Shown here: positions 12,177 to 21,862 of the stretch, piece after piece
Layout of the letters: each line of letters begins with the position of its first letter
How positions within the stretch are numbered: position 1 is the stretch's first letter
Origin: Hyphomicrobiales bacterium
GTDB lineage: Bacteria > Pseudomonadota > Alphaproteobacteria > Rhizobiales > Xanthobacteraceae
Direction: 5' to 3'
Assembly (NCBI GenBank): GCA_038206805.1
Contig: JBBRAL010000017.1
Location: forward strand, 2,102 to 66,101
DNA: 64,000 nucleotides
Notes under the pieces: model-generated
Seen by the model: the letters and a program-made list of their open reading frames with translations, nothing else
What the model was told of the DNA's origin: nothing
Database searches by the model: none
Program-made: the position numbers and the translations under genes

Positions 12177-13100
12177 TCAGCTCTGTCCGGCGGCAGCCGC
12201 GACCTCGGCGGCGAAGTCGCTTTCCTGCTTCGCGATGCCCTCGCCGAGCGCGTAGCGCACGAACCCGGTAATCTTGATCGGGGCGCCCACTTTGCCTTCG
12301 GCTTCCTTCAGCGCCTGGCTGACGCTTTTGCCCGCATCGTGGATGTAAGGCTGTTCGAGCAGGCAGACCTCCTTATAGAAGGTCTTGAGCCCCGACTCGA
12401 CGATCTTCTCGATCACATTGGCAGGTTTTCCCTGCGCTTTGAACTTGTCCGCCAGCACGTCCTTCTCGCGCGCAACCGCGGCCGGGTCGAGGCCGGCGGC
12501 GTCGACCGCCTGCGGATTGGAGGCGGCGACATGCATGGCGACCAGCCGTCCAAGCGCCTTTAATTCGTCGGCCTGACCGGCCGATTCGAGGCCAACCAGA
12601 ACGCCGATCTTGCCGAGACCCTCGCTCACCGAATTATGCACATAGACGCCGATCGCGCCCTTACCCACCGACAGCGCAGCGGCGCGGCGTAGCGTCATGT
12701 TCTCGCCGATCTTGGCAATCGTATCATTGATCGATTCGGCAACCGTGATGCTGCCGGCCTTGGCGGCCTTGATCTTCTCGACGTCGGCGCCAACGTCGAG
12801 CGCCACATCGGCGATCATCTTCACCAGGCCCTGGAACAGATCGTTGCGGGCGACGAAATCGGTTTCCGAATTCACCTCGACCACGACGCCCTTCGCTCCG
12901 GCGACCTTGATGCCGATCAGACCTTCGGCTGCCACCCGGCCCGCCTTCTTGGCGGCTTTCGACAAGCCCTTCTTGCGCAGCCAGTCGATCGCGGCCTGCA
13001 TGTCGCCATTGGTTTCGGCGAGCGCGGCCTTGCAATCCATCATGCCGGTGCCGGTGGTCTCGCGCAGTTCCTTGACCATCTGGGCGGTGATATTTGCCAT
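12177..13100 (-). CDS. tsf: Elongation factor Ts
   Basis: VKELRE..GMMDCK and [10 protein letters not shown] motifs. Confidence 0.97.
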   Translation of the reverse strand: MANITAQMVKELRETTGTGMMDCKAALAETNGDMQAAIDWLRKKGLSKAAKKAGRVAAEGLIGIKVAGAKGVVVEVNSETDFVARNDLFQGLVKMIADVALDVGADVEKIKAAKAGSITVAESINDTIAKIGENMTLRRAAALSVGKGAIGVYVHNSVSEGLGKIGVLVGLESAGQADELKALGRLVAMHVAASNPQAVDAAGLDPAAVAREKDVLADKFKAQGKPANVIEKIVESGLKTFYKEVCLLEQPYIHDAGKSVSQALKEAEGKVGAPIKITGFVRYALGEGIAKQESDFAAEVAAAAGQS

Positions 13101-13224
13101 CGGATATTTCCTTCATGCGCCGGCGCCGAACCCAGAGGTCCGGACAGCGACGCCTAGTACAACGAAATGACACGCCGATGCCCGGGACTTGCGGCGTAAT
13201 TTCGCCCGGGCCCGACGGCGGCAA

Positions 13225-14223
13225 TTACTCCGCCGTCAATTCCTTGGCCTTGGCGATCCAGCTGTCGACGCGGCCGGGCAGTCCAACTTCGTCGCCGATA
13301 CTGTGCGCCGCCTTCTCGTTGAATTCGGCAATCTGCGATAAATGGAAGATGCCGAGATCGTTGAGCTGCTTCTCGATCGCCGGTGACACGCCCGGCAGTT
13401 TCTTGAGATCGTCGGCAACGCCGCGCGGACCTGCCAGCGGCTCGAAGCCGAGATCGCCCGCGGCCGGCACGGTCGGAACCGACTCCACGATCGGCTTCTC
13501 GGCAGCGCCGAGATCGATACCGTGTTCGCCCTGGCCACGCGAAATTCCGTCGAGGGCCGCGCGCGCCACCAGATCACAGTAAAGCGACACGGCGCGACTG
13601 GCGTCGTCGTTTCCCGGCACTGCATAAGTGATGCCGGCTGGATCGCAATTGGTGTCGACGATGGCCGCGACCGGAATGTTGAGCCTACGGGCTTCCTTGA
13701 TCGCGATGTCTTCCTTGTTGGTATCGATCACGAACAACAGATCCGGCACGCCGCCCATGTCCTTGATGCCGCCGAGCGAACGGTCGAGCTTGTCGCGCTC
13801 GCGCTGCATGGTGAGGCGCTCTTTCTTGGTGTAGCCGCCCGGATCGCCGGAGGAGAGCATCTCGTCGAGTTTGCGCAGCCGCGAAATCGAACCGGAAATC
13901 GTTTTCCAGTTGGTCAGCGTGCCGCCGAGCCAGCGCGAATTGACGTAATACTGCGCCGACTGCTTGGCCGCCGCGGCGATCGAGTCCTGCGCCTGCCGCT
14001 TGGTGCCGACGAACAGGATGCGGCCGCCCTTGGCCGCGGTATCGCTCACCGCCTGCAGCGCGCGATGCAGCATCGGCACGGTTTGGGCCAGATCGACGAT
14101 GTGAATGTTGTTGCGGGTGCCGAAGATGTATTGACCCATCTTCGGGTTCCAGCGGTGGGCCTGATGGCCGAAATGCACGCCAGCTTCCAATAGCTGACGC
14201 ATGGTGAAGTCAGGAAGCGCCAT
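13225..14223 (-). CDS. rpsB: 30S ribosomal protein S2 with C-terminal HhH-like extension
   Basis: [11 protein letters not shown] and RWLGGTLTN motifs; tail [24 protein letters not shown]. Start trimmed to MALPDF. Confidence 0.97.
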   Translation of the reverse strand: MALPDFTMRQLLEAGVHFGHQAHRWNPKMGQYIFGTRNNIHIVDLAQTVPMLHRALQAVSDTAAKGGRILFVGTKRQAQDSIAAAAKQSAQYYVNSRWLGGTLTNWKTISGSISRLRKLDEMLSSGDPGGYTKKERLTMQRERDKLDRSLGGIKDMGGVPDLLFVIDTNKEDIAIKEARRLNIPVAAIVDTNCDPAGITYAVPGNDDASRAVSLYCDLVARAALDGISRGQGEHGIDLGAAEKPIVESVPTVPAAGDLGFEPLAGPRGVADDLKKLPGVSPAIEKQLNDLGIFHLSQIAEFNEKAAHSIGDEVGLPGRVDSWIAKAKELTAE

Positions 14224-14396
14224 AATCTTCTCCGGTTGATCCGCCGCGGACGTGTGTGAGCCCCCTAAAGGGACCACCGGACGGCCTTTTTGACCCATTG
14301 TCGGGGCCTAAAGCCAAGCGTCCGCGTGAGTGATGAGCGGCTTATATAGGCGCAATTTGGCCGGCGCAAGGCTGCATTGCGATGGATGGCGTCGCC

Positions 14397-17300
14397 TCAG
14401 AGCACTTCCACCTGCACCACCCCCGGCACCGCCTTGATGGCGCCGGCGATTTGCGGGGAGACCTTGAAACGGCCGGGAAGCCTCACTTCCACCTCGGCGC
14501 CGGCTTTGAGCATCAGCACCATGCTCACCTCGCCGTCGCCATTTGCCGGTGCGTTGCGGGCCGAACCGCCCTGTAAGGCTTGCAGGCGCTTGGCCACGCC
14601 CTCGATCGGGGCAGTCTCGCGCAGGAACACCCGCAGGCCCTTGTTCAAGTTGGCGGCCGCGGCATCGAGCGGCTCGGCCGACTGGATGCGGGCGCGCACC
14701 TCGTCGCCCTGCACTTCTGCCGACAGGAACAACAGCACCGCGGTGCCCGGCTCAAGCAGATCGCGATACTCGGCGAGACCTTCCGAAAAAATTACCGCCT
14801 CGTAATGCCCGGTCGGATCCGACAGGCCGATAATGCCCATCTTGCTCCCCGTTCGCGTGCGCCGCTCGCTGCGCGCGACCACGGTGCCGGCGACCCGGCC
14901 GGCTGTGGCGCCCATTTTCACCGCGCGCGAGAATTCCACCCATGACTGCACGCGCAGCTTTTTGAGCACGGCGGAATAATCGTCGAGCGGATGGCCGGAG
15001 AGAAAAAAACCGACCGCCTCGTATTCGCGGCGCAGCCGCTCCGCCGGCAGCCACGGCTCGGCCACCGGCAAAACGATCGGCTCGCGTTTATCGCCGCCGC
15101 CGAACAATTCGTTCTGCCCGATGGCGGCGCCGTCGTGCGCGCGCTGGGCGAGGCCCAACACCTGATCCACGGTCATGAACACCCGGGCGCGGTTGGCTTC
15201 GAATTCATCGAAAGCGCCGGCGCAGGTGAGACTTTCCAGCACGCGCTTGTTGACGCTGCGCGGATTGATGCGGCCGGCGAAGTCGGCCAGATCGGAAAAC
15301 TTAGCGGTCGCGCGCGCCGCCACAATCGATTCCACCGCCTGTTTGCCGACGCCTTTCAAGGCGGCGAGCGCATAGACGATGGTGTTGCCGTCGACCTCGA
15401 AAGCTACCCCCGAACCGTTGATCGAGGGCGGATCGACTTTAAGCCCGAGCCGCTCGGCCTCGGCGCGGAATTCCGCCAGCTTGTCGGTATTGCCCAGATC
15501 GAGCGTCATCGATGCCGCCAGGAATTCGACCGGGTAATTCGCCTTCATATAGGCGGTCTGATAGGCGACCAGCGCATAGGCAGCCGCGTGGCTCTTGTTG
15601 AAGCCGTATTCGGCGAAACGCTCGAGCAGATCGAAGATCGCGTCGGCCTGATAACGCTCGATGCCGCGCTCGGTCGCGCCTTTCACAAAATGCGAGCGCT
15701 GCTCCTGCATTTCCTTTCTTATCTTCTTGCCCATGGTGCGGCGCAGCAGATCCGCCTGGCCGAGCGTGAAGCCGGCCAAAATCTGGGCGGCCTGCATCAC
15801 CTGTTCCTGATAGACGATGACGCCGAAGGTTTCCTTCAGGACCGATTCAAGCTTGGGATGGATATAGTCCAGCTGCTCCATGCCGTGCTTGCGCGCGCAA
15901 TAGGTCGGGATGTTCGCCATCGGGCCGGGGCGATAGAGCGCGACCAGCGCGATGATGTCCTCGAAACGGTCGGGCCGCATGTCGAGCAGCGCGCGCCGCA
16001 TGCCAGCGCTTTCCAGTTGGAACACGCCGACCGCTTCGGCGCGCGCCAGCAGGTCGTAGGTTTTCTTGTCGTCGAGCGGAATGGCGGTGAGATCGATCTC
16101 GATGCCGCGCCGTTTCACCAGCGCCACCGCGGTTTGCAGCACGGTCAGTGTCTTCAGCCCGAGGAAATCGAATTTCACCAGCCCGGCCTGCTCCACCCAT
16201 TTCATGTTGAACTGGGTCACCGGCATGTCGGATTTCGGATCGCGATAGAGCGGCACCAGTTCGGTGAGCGCGCGGTCGGCAATCACGATGCCGGCGGCAT
16301 GGGTGGAGGCGTGGCGGGTGAGGCCTTCCAGCTTGCGCGAGATATCGAAGGCGCGCTTGACCACCGGGTCGCCGTCGCGCTCGGCCTGCAGCTTCGGCTC
16401 GTCCTCTATGGCGCGCGCCAATGTCACCGGATTGGTCGGGTTCTGCGGCACCAGCTTGCAGAGCTTGTCGACTTGGCCGTACGGCATCTGCAGCACGCGG
16501 CCGACGTCGCGCAGCACGCCGCGCGCCTGCAGCGTGCCGAAGGTGATGATCTGCGCCACCCGGTCACGCCCGTAGCGCTCCTTCACATATTCGATCACCT
16601 CGTCGCGCCGGTCCTGGCAGAAGTCGATGTCGAAGTCGGGCATCGACACGCGCTCCGGATTGAGAAAGCGCTCGAACAAAAGCCCAAAGCGGATCGGATC
16701 AAGATCGGTGATGGTGAGCGCATAGGAGACCAGGGAGCCGGCGCCGGAGCCGCGGCCGGGGCCAACCGGAATGCCTTTCGCCTTCGCCCATTGAATGAAA
16801 TCGGCGACGATCAGGAAGTAACCAGGATATTTCATGTTGGCGATGACGCCGAGCTCGAAGTCGAGCCGCTCGCGGTACTCGTCTTCGCTGTGGCCGGGCG
16901 CCACGCCGGCGCCGGCGAGCCGTGCGTTGAGCCCGGCTTCGGCGCGTTTGCGTAGTTCCGCGGCCTCATCGACCACGCTGCCGCCCTCGCCCAGCGAGAA
17001 GCGCGGCAGGATCGGCTGATGCACCAGTGGACGGAACGCGCAACGCTGCGCGATCTCGACGGTATTCTCAAGCGCCTCGGGCAGATCGGCGAACAGCTCG
17101 GCCATCTCGGCGCGGCTCTTGAAACGATGCTCGGCGTTAAGCTGGCGGCGGTCGCTCTCCGACAGCAGGCGGCCTTCGGCAATGCAGATCAGAGCGTCAT
17201 GCGCCTCGTGGTCGGCGGCGGTGGCGAAATACGGCTCGTTGGTCGCAACCAGCGGAATATTTCTGTTGTAGGCGAAATCGATCAGCACCGGTTCGCACAT

Positions 17301-17876
17301 GCGCTCGCCGGCGGTGCCGTGGCGCTGCAATTCGATATAGAGCCGGTCGCCGAACAGGCTCAGCAGCGCATCGAGGCGGGTGGCGGCCAGATGGCTTTGG
17401 CCGGCGGCAATCGCACTATCGAGCGGGCCGCCAGCGCCGCCGGTGAGCGCGACGATGCCGTGGTTTATTCCCTGAGTCTCGGCCGCAAGCCATTCGAGTT
17501 TGAGGCGCGGCGGCTCGTTCGGGGCGGAATCCAGGAAGGCGCGCGAGGACAGCCGCATCAGACTGCGGTAGGCGGCGTCGCTGGAGGCCAGCAGCACGAT
17601 GCGCGAGCGGTCGGGCGCCGCATTAGCGTTGCGGGCGCCATGGTCGGTGTCGCCGAAATCGATCGCCAGCGCGCAGCCGATAATTGGCTGGATGCCGGCC
17701 GAGGCCAGCTTTTCGGAGAATTCCAGCGCGCCGAACATGTTGTCGGTGTCGGTGAGCGCCAGCGCCGCCTGCTTGTCGGTCTTGGCCAGATCGGCCAGGC
17801 GCGCGAGGGGAATCGCGCCCTCCAGCAGCGAATAGTTCGAGTGCACGTGCAAGTGCACGAAGTCGAGGTCGGACAT
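14397..17876 (-). CDS. dnaE: DNA polymerase III alpha subunit
   Basis: HLHVHSNYSLLEGA (PHP domain), GPGRGSGAGS, MPDFDIDF and YGFNKSHA motifs. Confidence 0.97.
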   Translation of the reverse strand: MSDLDFVHLHVHSNYSLLEGAIPLARLADLAKTDKQAALALTDTDNMFGALEFSEKLASAGIQPIIGCALAIDFGDTDHGARNANAAPDRSRIVLLASSDAAYRSLMRLSSRAFLDSAPNEPPRLKLEWLAAETQGINHGIVALTGGAGGPLDSAIAAGQSHLAATRLDALLSLFGDRLYIELQRHGTAGERMCEPVLIDFAYNRNIPLVATNEPYFATAADHEAHDALICIAEGRLLSESDRRQLNAEHRFKSRAEMAELFADLPEALENTVEIAQRCAFRPLVHQPILPRFSLGEGGSVVDEAAELRKRAEAGLNARLAGAGVAPGHSEDEYRERLDFELGVIANMKYPGYFLIVADFIQWAKAKGIPVGPGRGSGAGSLVSYALTITDLDPIRFGLLFERFLNPERVSMPDFDIDFCQDRRDEVIEYVKERYGRDRVAQIITFGTLQARGVLRDVGRVLQMPYGQVDKLCKLVPQNPTNPVTLARAIEDEPKLQAERDGDPVVKRAFDISRKLEGLTRHASTHAAGIVIADRALTELVPLYRDPKSDMPVTQFNMKWVEQAGLVKFDFLGLKTLTVLQTAVALVKRRGIEIDLTAIPLDDKKTYDLLARAEAVGVFQLESAGMRRALLDMRPDRFEDIIALVALYRPGPMANIPTYCARKHGMEQLDYIHPKLESVLKETFGVIVYQEQVMQAAQILAGFTLGQADLLRRTMGKKIRKEMQEQRSHFVKGATERGIERYQADAIFDLLERFAEYGFNKSHAAAYALVAYQTAYMKANYPVEFLAASMTLDLGNTDKLAEFRAEAERLGLKVDPPSINGSGVAFEVDGNTIVYALAALKGVGKQAVESIVAARATAKFSDLADFAGRINPRSVNKRVLESLTCAGAFDEFEANRARVFMTVDQVLGLAQRAHDGAAIGQNELFGGGDKREPIVLPVAEPWLPAERLRREYEAVGFFLSGHPLDDYSAVLKKLRVQSWVEFSRAVKMGATAGRVAGTVVARSERRTRTGSKMGIIGLSDPTGHYEAVIFSEGLAEYRDLLEPGTAVLLFLSAEVQGDEVRARIQSAEPLDAAAANLNKGLRVFLRETAPIEGVAKRLQALQGGSARNAPANGDGEVSMVLMLKAGAEVEVRLPGRFKVSPQIAGAIKAVPGVVQVEVL

Positions 17877-18003
17877 AGCTTCTCGAAGGTTGGGTGATTC
17901 CTTGTTGTCACCCAGAGTGGGGACGCGAGCGCGCCAAGTCCACCACTTCGGCTCCGGACCGGCGCGCTATGCCCGCTTTTCCCAGGGCGAGCAGTCAAAC
18001 GGT

Positions 18004-18106
18004 GTCATTCCGGGGCGCGGTCGAACACCGCGAACCCGGAATCCATAACCCCAGTGCTGCGGAGTATGGATTCCGGGCCCGGCCCTCCGGGCCGTCCCGG
18101 AATGAC
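18004..18106. repeat. Palindromic REP-like element (GTCATTCCGG...CCGGAATGAC)
   Basis: Nested inverted repeats GTCATTCCGGG/CCCGGAATGAC and CCCGGAATCCATA/TATGGATTCCGGG. A shorter relative is at 21821-21860. Confidence 0.8.
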
Positions 18107-18216
18107 TAGAGGTTGCTGAACACCTGCGACCAGATCGCGATCATGCCGACGAAAAGCGCAAGCGACGCCAGCGCGGCGGCTTCGTGCAAGACGGCTTGGA
18201 TGACGGCTTTGAACAT
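18106..18216 (-). CDS. 36-aa single-pass membrane peptide, probably SOS-induced (SidA-like)
   Basis: Manual translation MFKAVIQAVLHEAAALASLALFVGMIAIWSQVFSNL*. RBS GGGGAGAG, two LexA boxes and a sigma70-like promoter upstream. Below the ORF-track cutoff. Confidence 0.75.
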   Translation of the reverse strand: MFKAVIQAVLHEAAALASLALFVGMIAIWSQVFSNL

Positions 18217-18229
18217 TGCTCTCTCCCCA

Positions 18230-18271
18230 GAACGGACGGGGAACATAGTTCATGTTATGTTCCCAAGTCAA
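18230..18271 (-). promoter_or_regulatory. Tandem alphaproteobacterial LexA boxes and sigma70-like promoter
   Basis: GAAC-ggacggg-GAAC at 18230-18244 and GTTC-atgttat-GTTC at 18248-18262. Minus-strand TTGACT (18271-18266)-N17/18-(C)TATGT(T) brackets the second box. Confidence 0.8.
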
Positions 18272-18325
18272 GGCCCGGTAGTGGGGTCCTTTGAATTGGG
18301 GCAAAGCCTATAAAGGTAAGGAGCA

Positions 18326-18355
18326 TTGACCTATGGTTGTAAATCCAACCATCAT
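18326..18355 (+). promoter_or_regulatory. Putative promoter with an overlapping palindromic operator upstream of the bstA-like gene
   Basis: TTGACC (18326-18331)-N18-CATCAT. Perfect inverted repeat ATGGTTG-N6-CAACCAT at 18333-18352. Confidence 0.45.
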
Positions 18356-18399
18356 CCCTAAATACTGGCAACTTTTCTGGGATAAGGGAACATATTTTC

Positions 18400-19375
18400 G
18401 TGGTGGAAATCAGCAAACCTGCCAGTAAAATCAGCATCTTAGCACCTACTTCAACGTCAAAGGAAATCAGCCCCTCGCAGGCATCATTGAATCTCGGGAT
18501 AGAGAAGGACACTGAGATCAATGGCATCGGCATGGGCGTTCTCCATGGCGGCACCCCGTATCTGAATCAACGCGGCCTCGCCGCTCTATGCGGCGTTCAG
18601 AACGCACATATCGGCACGATTAGCAGTCAGTGGAACGAAGACGACCAAAAGCCCAGAATTAAGACCATCAAAGAAATTCTCAGCAAGGCTGGCGCGTCCT
18701 ACGCAGCCGCACATGTTGAGGTCGTTCATCGCGGCACAATTCACTATTGCTACCCCGCCGACGTTTGCCTTGCTGTCTTGGAATACTATGCGTTCGACGC
18801 AGGCGCGAATTGCCAACCGCAAGCCAGAGATAATTTCAGGCTTCTCGCTGGCTCAAAGCTGCGCGAACTTATCTATAGCCAAGTCGGCTACGACCCAACC
18901 AAGACCAATACAAAACGATTTGAGAAATGGCACGAACGCATTGCTCTAAACTATCAGTCCGCGCCAAAAGGTTTTTTTTCACGTCTTCAACGAAGCACAC
19001 ACGGTCATCTACGAACTGATCCAAGCCGGCGCTGAGATTGGCGAGCATTTTGTAATCGACATTTCAATTGGTCAGCATTGGTCAAAGTTTTGGGCGGACA
19101 ATGAACTGGACCAAGCCTTCGGAGGCCGCTGCAAATATCCTCATCGCTATCCCGGCGATCATCCTCAAGCACGATCTAATCCGCAGGAATCGTGGTGCTA
19201 CCCATTGAGCGCCCTCGGTGAATATCGAGAGTGGTTGCAGGATGTTTATATCGAAGGTGGAAAATTCAGTGCCTACCTCAAAGGCAAAGTCGAGCGCGGA
19301 CAATTACCCCCGTCGATTGCGCAGCTTGCGATTGAAGCGTTGGTCCCGCAAATGATCGAAGGCCCCGGCGCCTAA
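18400..19375 (+). pseudogene. bstA: BstA-like anti-phage (abortive infection) protein, frameshifted at a T8 tract
   Basis: N-half motifs EINGIGMGVL.GGTPYL.QRGLAALCGV, VCLAVLEYYAFDA and IYSQVGYDP. Removing one T from 18972-18979 continues as GFFHVFNE...DISIGQHWSKFW...HRYP.DHPQARSNPQESWCYP..ALGEYREWL to TAA 19373-19375 (324 aa restored). Family call is from recalled BstA motifs. Confidence 0.8.
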
Positions 19376-19386
19376 GAGTGCCCCAT

Positions 19387-19689
19387 ATGGTCGCCAAGTC
19401 ATTTATCATCGACACGCGGAGCTTCCCCAAAAAGGGGGATGCGCACGAGTTTTTTAAACAGATGCTCAACCGCTATCGACCAGGAGATCGCGTAATTGAC
19501 TCGGACGTGGCAGATTTAGCGGCGCTTTTAAAATGTCACACGGAATATGCAGCCAAGGTTGGTTCGGGCATCGACCATTTCCGCGTCATGACCAACTTGT
19601 ATAATACGCAGTCGTTCGAGATTGTTAGGACCGATGGAACGCGAGACGATTTCTCTTACAAGCACTGCATTACGCCAAAACGTGACTGA
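19387..19689 (+). CDS. DCL-family (DUF3223) protein
   Basis: MLNRYRPGDRV...LL..H.EY..KVGSGIDHF.V......SFEIVRTDGTRDDFSYKHC pattern. Alternative GTG start at 19378. Confidence 0.8.
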   Translation: MVAKSFIIDTRSFPKKGDAHEFFKQMLNRYRPGDRVIDSDVADLAALLKCHTEYAAKVGSGIDHFRVMTNLYNTQSFEIVRTDGTRDDFSYKHCITPKRD

Positions 19690-19696
19690 GCTAGGA

Positions 19697-19716
19697 GGCC
19701 GCCTCAGTTGGCGGCC
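19697..19716. terminator. Hairpin between the convergent DCL gene and lolD
   Basis: GGCCGCC-tcagtt-GGCGGCC. Confidence 0.55.
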
Positions 19717-19734
19717 CCTTATATTCCCTAACGC

Positions 19735-20463
19735 CTACTCCAACTCCACCACCATACCCTCCCGCAACGTCACCCGCCGGTCCATGCGAGCGGCAATCTC
19801 CATGTTGTGGGTGGCGATAATGGTGGCGAGCCCCGAAGCGCGCACAAGCTGCGTAAAAGCTGCGAACACATGATCGGCGGTATGCACGTCGAGGTTTCCG
19901 GTCGGCTCGTCGGCCAGCAGAATTCTTGGCGCATTGGCCACCGCGCGCGCAATAGCGACACGCTGCTGCTCGCCGCCGGAAAGTTCCGCCGGCCGGTGAC
20001 TGAGCCGATCGCTTAAGCCCAGATAGCCGAGCAGTTCGACCGCACGCTTTTTCGCCTCGGAGCGCGTCAGGCCGCGGATCATCTGCGGCAGCAGCACGTT
20101 TTCCAGCGCGGTGAACTCCGGCAGCAGATGGTGCGACTGGTAGACGAATCCGATCTCGTTGCGGCGGATGCGGGTGCGCTCGGCATCGGGCAGGATCGCG
20201 GTGGCGCGTCCGTCGATATAGACGTCGCCCTGGTCGGGATGCTCCAAGAGGCCGGCGATATGCAGCAGCGTCGACTTGCCGGCGCCGGAGGGCGCCACCA
20301 GCGCCACCGATTGCCCGGGCCAGATCGCCAGCTCGGCGCCGTTGAGGATGTGCAGCGTGGCGTCGCCCTGCCGGTAGTGCCGCTCAATCGCGTGCAGGAA
20401 CAGGACGGGGGTTTCCTCCGCCGGCGCTTCCACCTCGACGCCGGCGGCGACACTGTCACTCAT
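19735..20463 (-). CDS. lolD: Lipoprotein-releasing ABC transporter ATPase
   Basis: [23 protein letters not shown] and [10 protein letters not shown] motifs; next to lolC/E. Confidence 0.92.
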   Translation of the reverse strand: MSDSVAAGVEVEAPAEETPVLFLHAIERHYRQGDATLHILNGAELAIWPGQSVALVAPSGAGKSTLLHIAGLLEHPDQGDVYIDGRATAILPDAERTRIRRNEIGFVYQSHHLLPEFTALENVLLPQMIRGLTRSEAKKRAVELLGYLGLSDRLSHRPAELSGGEQQRVAIARAVANAPRILLADEPTGNLDVHTADHVFAAFTQLVRASGLATIIATHNMEIAARMDRRVTLREGMVVELE

Positions 20464-21724
20464 AGCGCAGCGCCTCCACCGGATCGAGGCGCGCCGCGCG
20501 CCAGGACGGATAGAGCGTGGCGAGCAGCGACAGCGTGAGCGCCATCACCACCACCGCGGTGGTCTCATTGGTGTCCATGTGGGCCGGCAAATGCGAGAGG
20601 AAATAAAGTTCCGGCGAGAACAGCTCGGTGCTGGTGAGCCACGACAGGAACTGCCGGATGCTCTCGATATTGAGGCAGACCACGACGCCGAGCAGGAATC
20701 CAAACAGGGTGCCGACCACGCCGATGGCAGCCCCAGTAATCAGGAACACGCGCATGATGGCGCCTTGTGTGGCACCCATGGTGCGCAGAATAGCGATGTC
20801 CTGGCCCTTGTCCTTCACCAGCATGATCAGGCCTGACACGATGTTGAGCGCGGCCACCAGCACGATCAGCGTCAGGATCAGAAACATCACATTGCGCTCG
20901 ACCTGCAGCGCATTGAAGAAGGTGGCGTTGCGCTGGCGCCAGTCGACCATGTAGATCGGCCGCTTGGCGGCCTCGGTCACCGCCTTGCGGTAGCGGTCGA
21001 CGCGGTCGGGATTGTCGGTATAGACCTCGATCGCCGTGACATCGCCGGCGCGGTTGAAATAGGCCTGCGCCTCCTTCAGCGGCATGAACACAAACGCGCT
21101 GTCGTATTCCGACATGCCGATCTCGAACACCGCCGCGATCTTGTAGACCTTTATGCGCGGCGTGGTGCCCATCGGCGTCACCGCGCCGCGCGGCGCCACC
21201 AGCGTGATGTTGTCGCCGGCGCGCAGCGAGAGCTGATCGGCGAGCCGGCGTCCGATCGCCACGCCCTGCCCCTCGTCAAAACCGCCAAGCGAGCCCTGCT
21301 TGATGTTGTTGACGATGGACGGCAGCCCTTCCAGGTCTTTCAGCCTTATGCCGCGCACCAGGACGCCGCCGGCGTTGAACGGCGAACTCGCCAGGGCCTG
21401 GCCTTCGACAATGGGCGCGGCCAGCCGGATGCCCTTGACCGCGGAAATGCGCGCGGCCACCTCTTCCCAGTCGGTCAGCGGCTTTTCCAGCGGCTGGATC
21501 AGCAGGTGGCCGTTGAGCCCCAGGATCTTGTCGAGCAGTTCATTGCGAAAGCCGTTCATCACCGCCATGACGATGATCAGGGTGGCAACGCCGAGCATGA
21601 TGCCGAGGAAGGAAAACCCGGCGATCACCGAGATGAATCCTTCCTTGCGCCGCGCCCGCAGGTAGCGCAGCGACAGCATCCATTCGAACGGCGAGAAGGG
21701 CCGCGTCCCGTTGGGCTCGGTCAT
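20456..21724 (-). CDS. lolE: Lipoprotein-releasing ABC transporter permease LolC/E
   Basis: [29 protein letters not shown] and C-terminal PVEALRYE. Confidence 0.9.
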   Translation of the reverse strand: MTEPNGTRPFSPFEWMLSLRYLRARRKEGFISVIAGFSFLGIMLGVATLIIVMAVMNGFRNELLDKILGLNGHLLIQPLEKPLTDWEEVAARISAVKGIRLAAPIVEGQALASSPFNAGGVLVRGIRLKDLEGLPSIVNNIKQGSLGGFDEGQGVAIGRRLADQLSLRAGDNITLVAPRGAVTPMGTTPRIKVYKIAAVFEIGMSEYDSAFVFMPLKEAQAYFNRAGDVTAIEVYTDNPDRVDRYRKAVTEAAKRPIYMVDWRQRNATFFNALQVERNVMFLILTLIVLVAALNIVSGLIMLVKDKGQDIAILRTMGATQGAIMRVFLITGAAIGVVGTLFGFLLGVVVCLNIESIRQFLSWLTSTELFSPELYFLSHLPAHMDTNETTAVVVMALTLSLLATLYPSWRAARLDPVEALRYE

Positions 21725-21820
21725 GAAAGGTTTGGTTCCCGGGTGTTGGATTTTCACACGATTCGGGCGGATTCATGGGCTTAAATCGCGACCAAAGGCT
21801 TGGCAGCACACAGGAACTTC

Positions 21821-21860
21821 GTCATTCAGGACCGCGCCAAAGGTGCAAAGCCGGAATGAC
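21821..21860. repeat. Short REP-like palindrome directly after the proS stop
   Basis: GTCATTC...GGAATGAC termini, as at 18004-18106. Confidence 0.55.
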
Positions 21861-21862
21861 GG

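Noticed and set aside
14991-16955. Long plus-strand ORFs opposite core genes (also 32699-34639, 27358-28824, 54680-56002, 56351-57679, 62199-63590)
   Set aside because: Antisense shadow frames expected from high-GC codon bias; no recognisable motifs, and each fully overlaps a well-supported gene.
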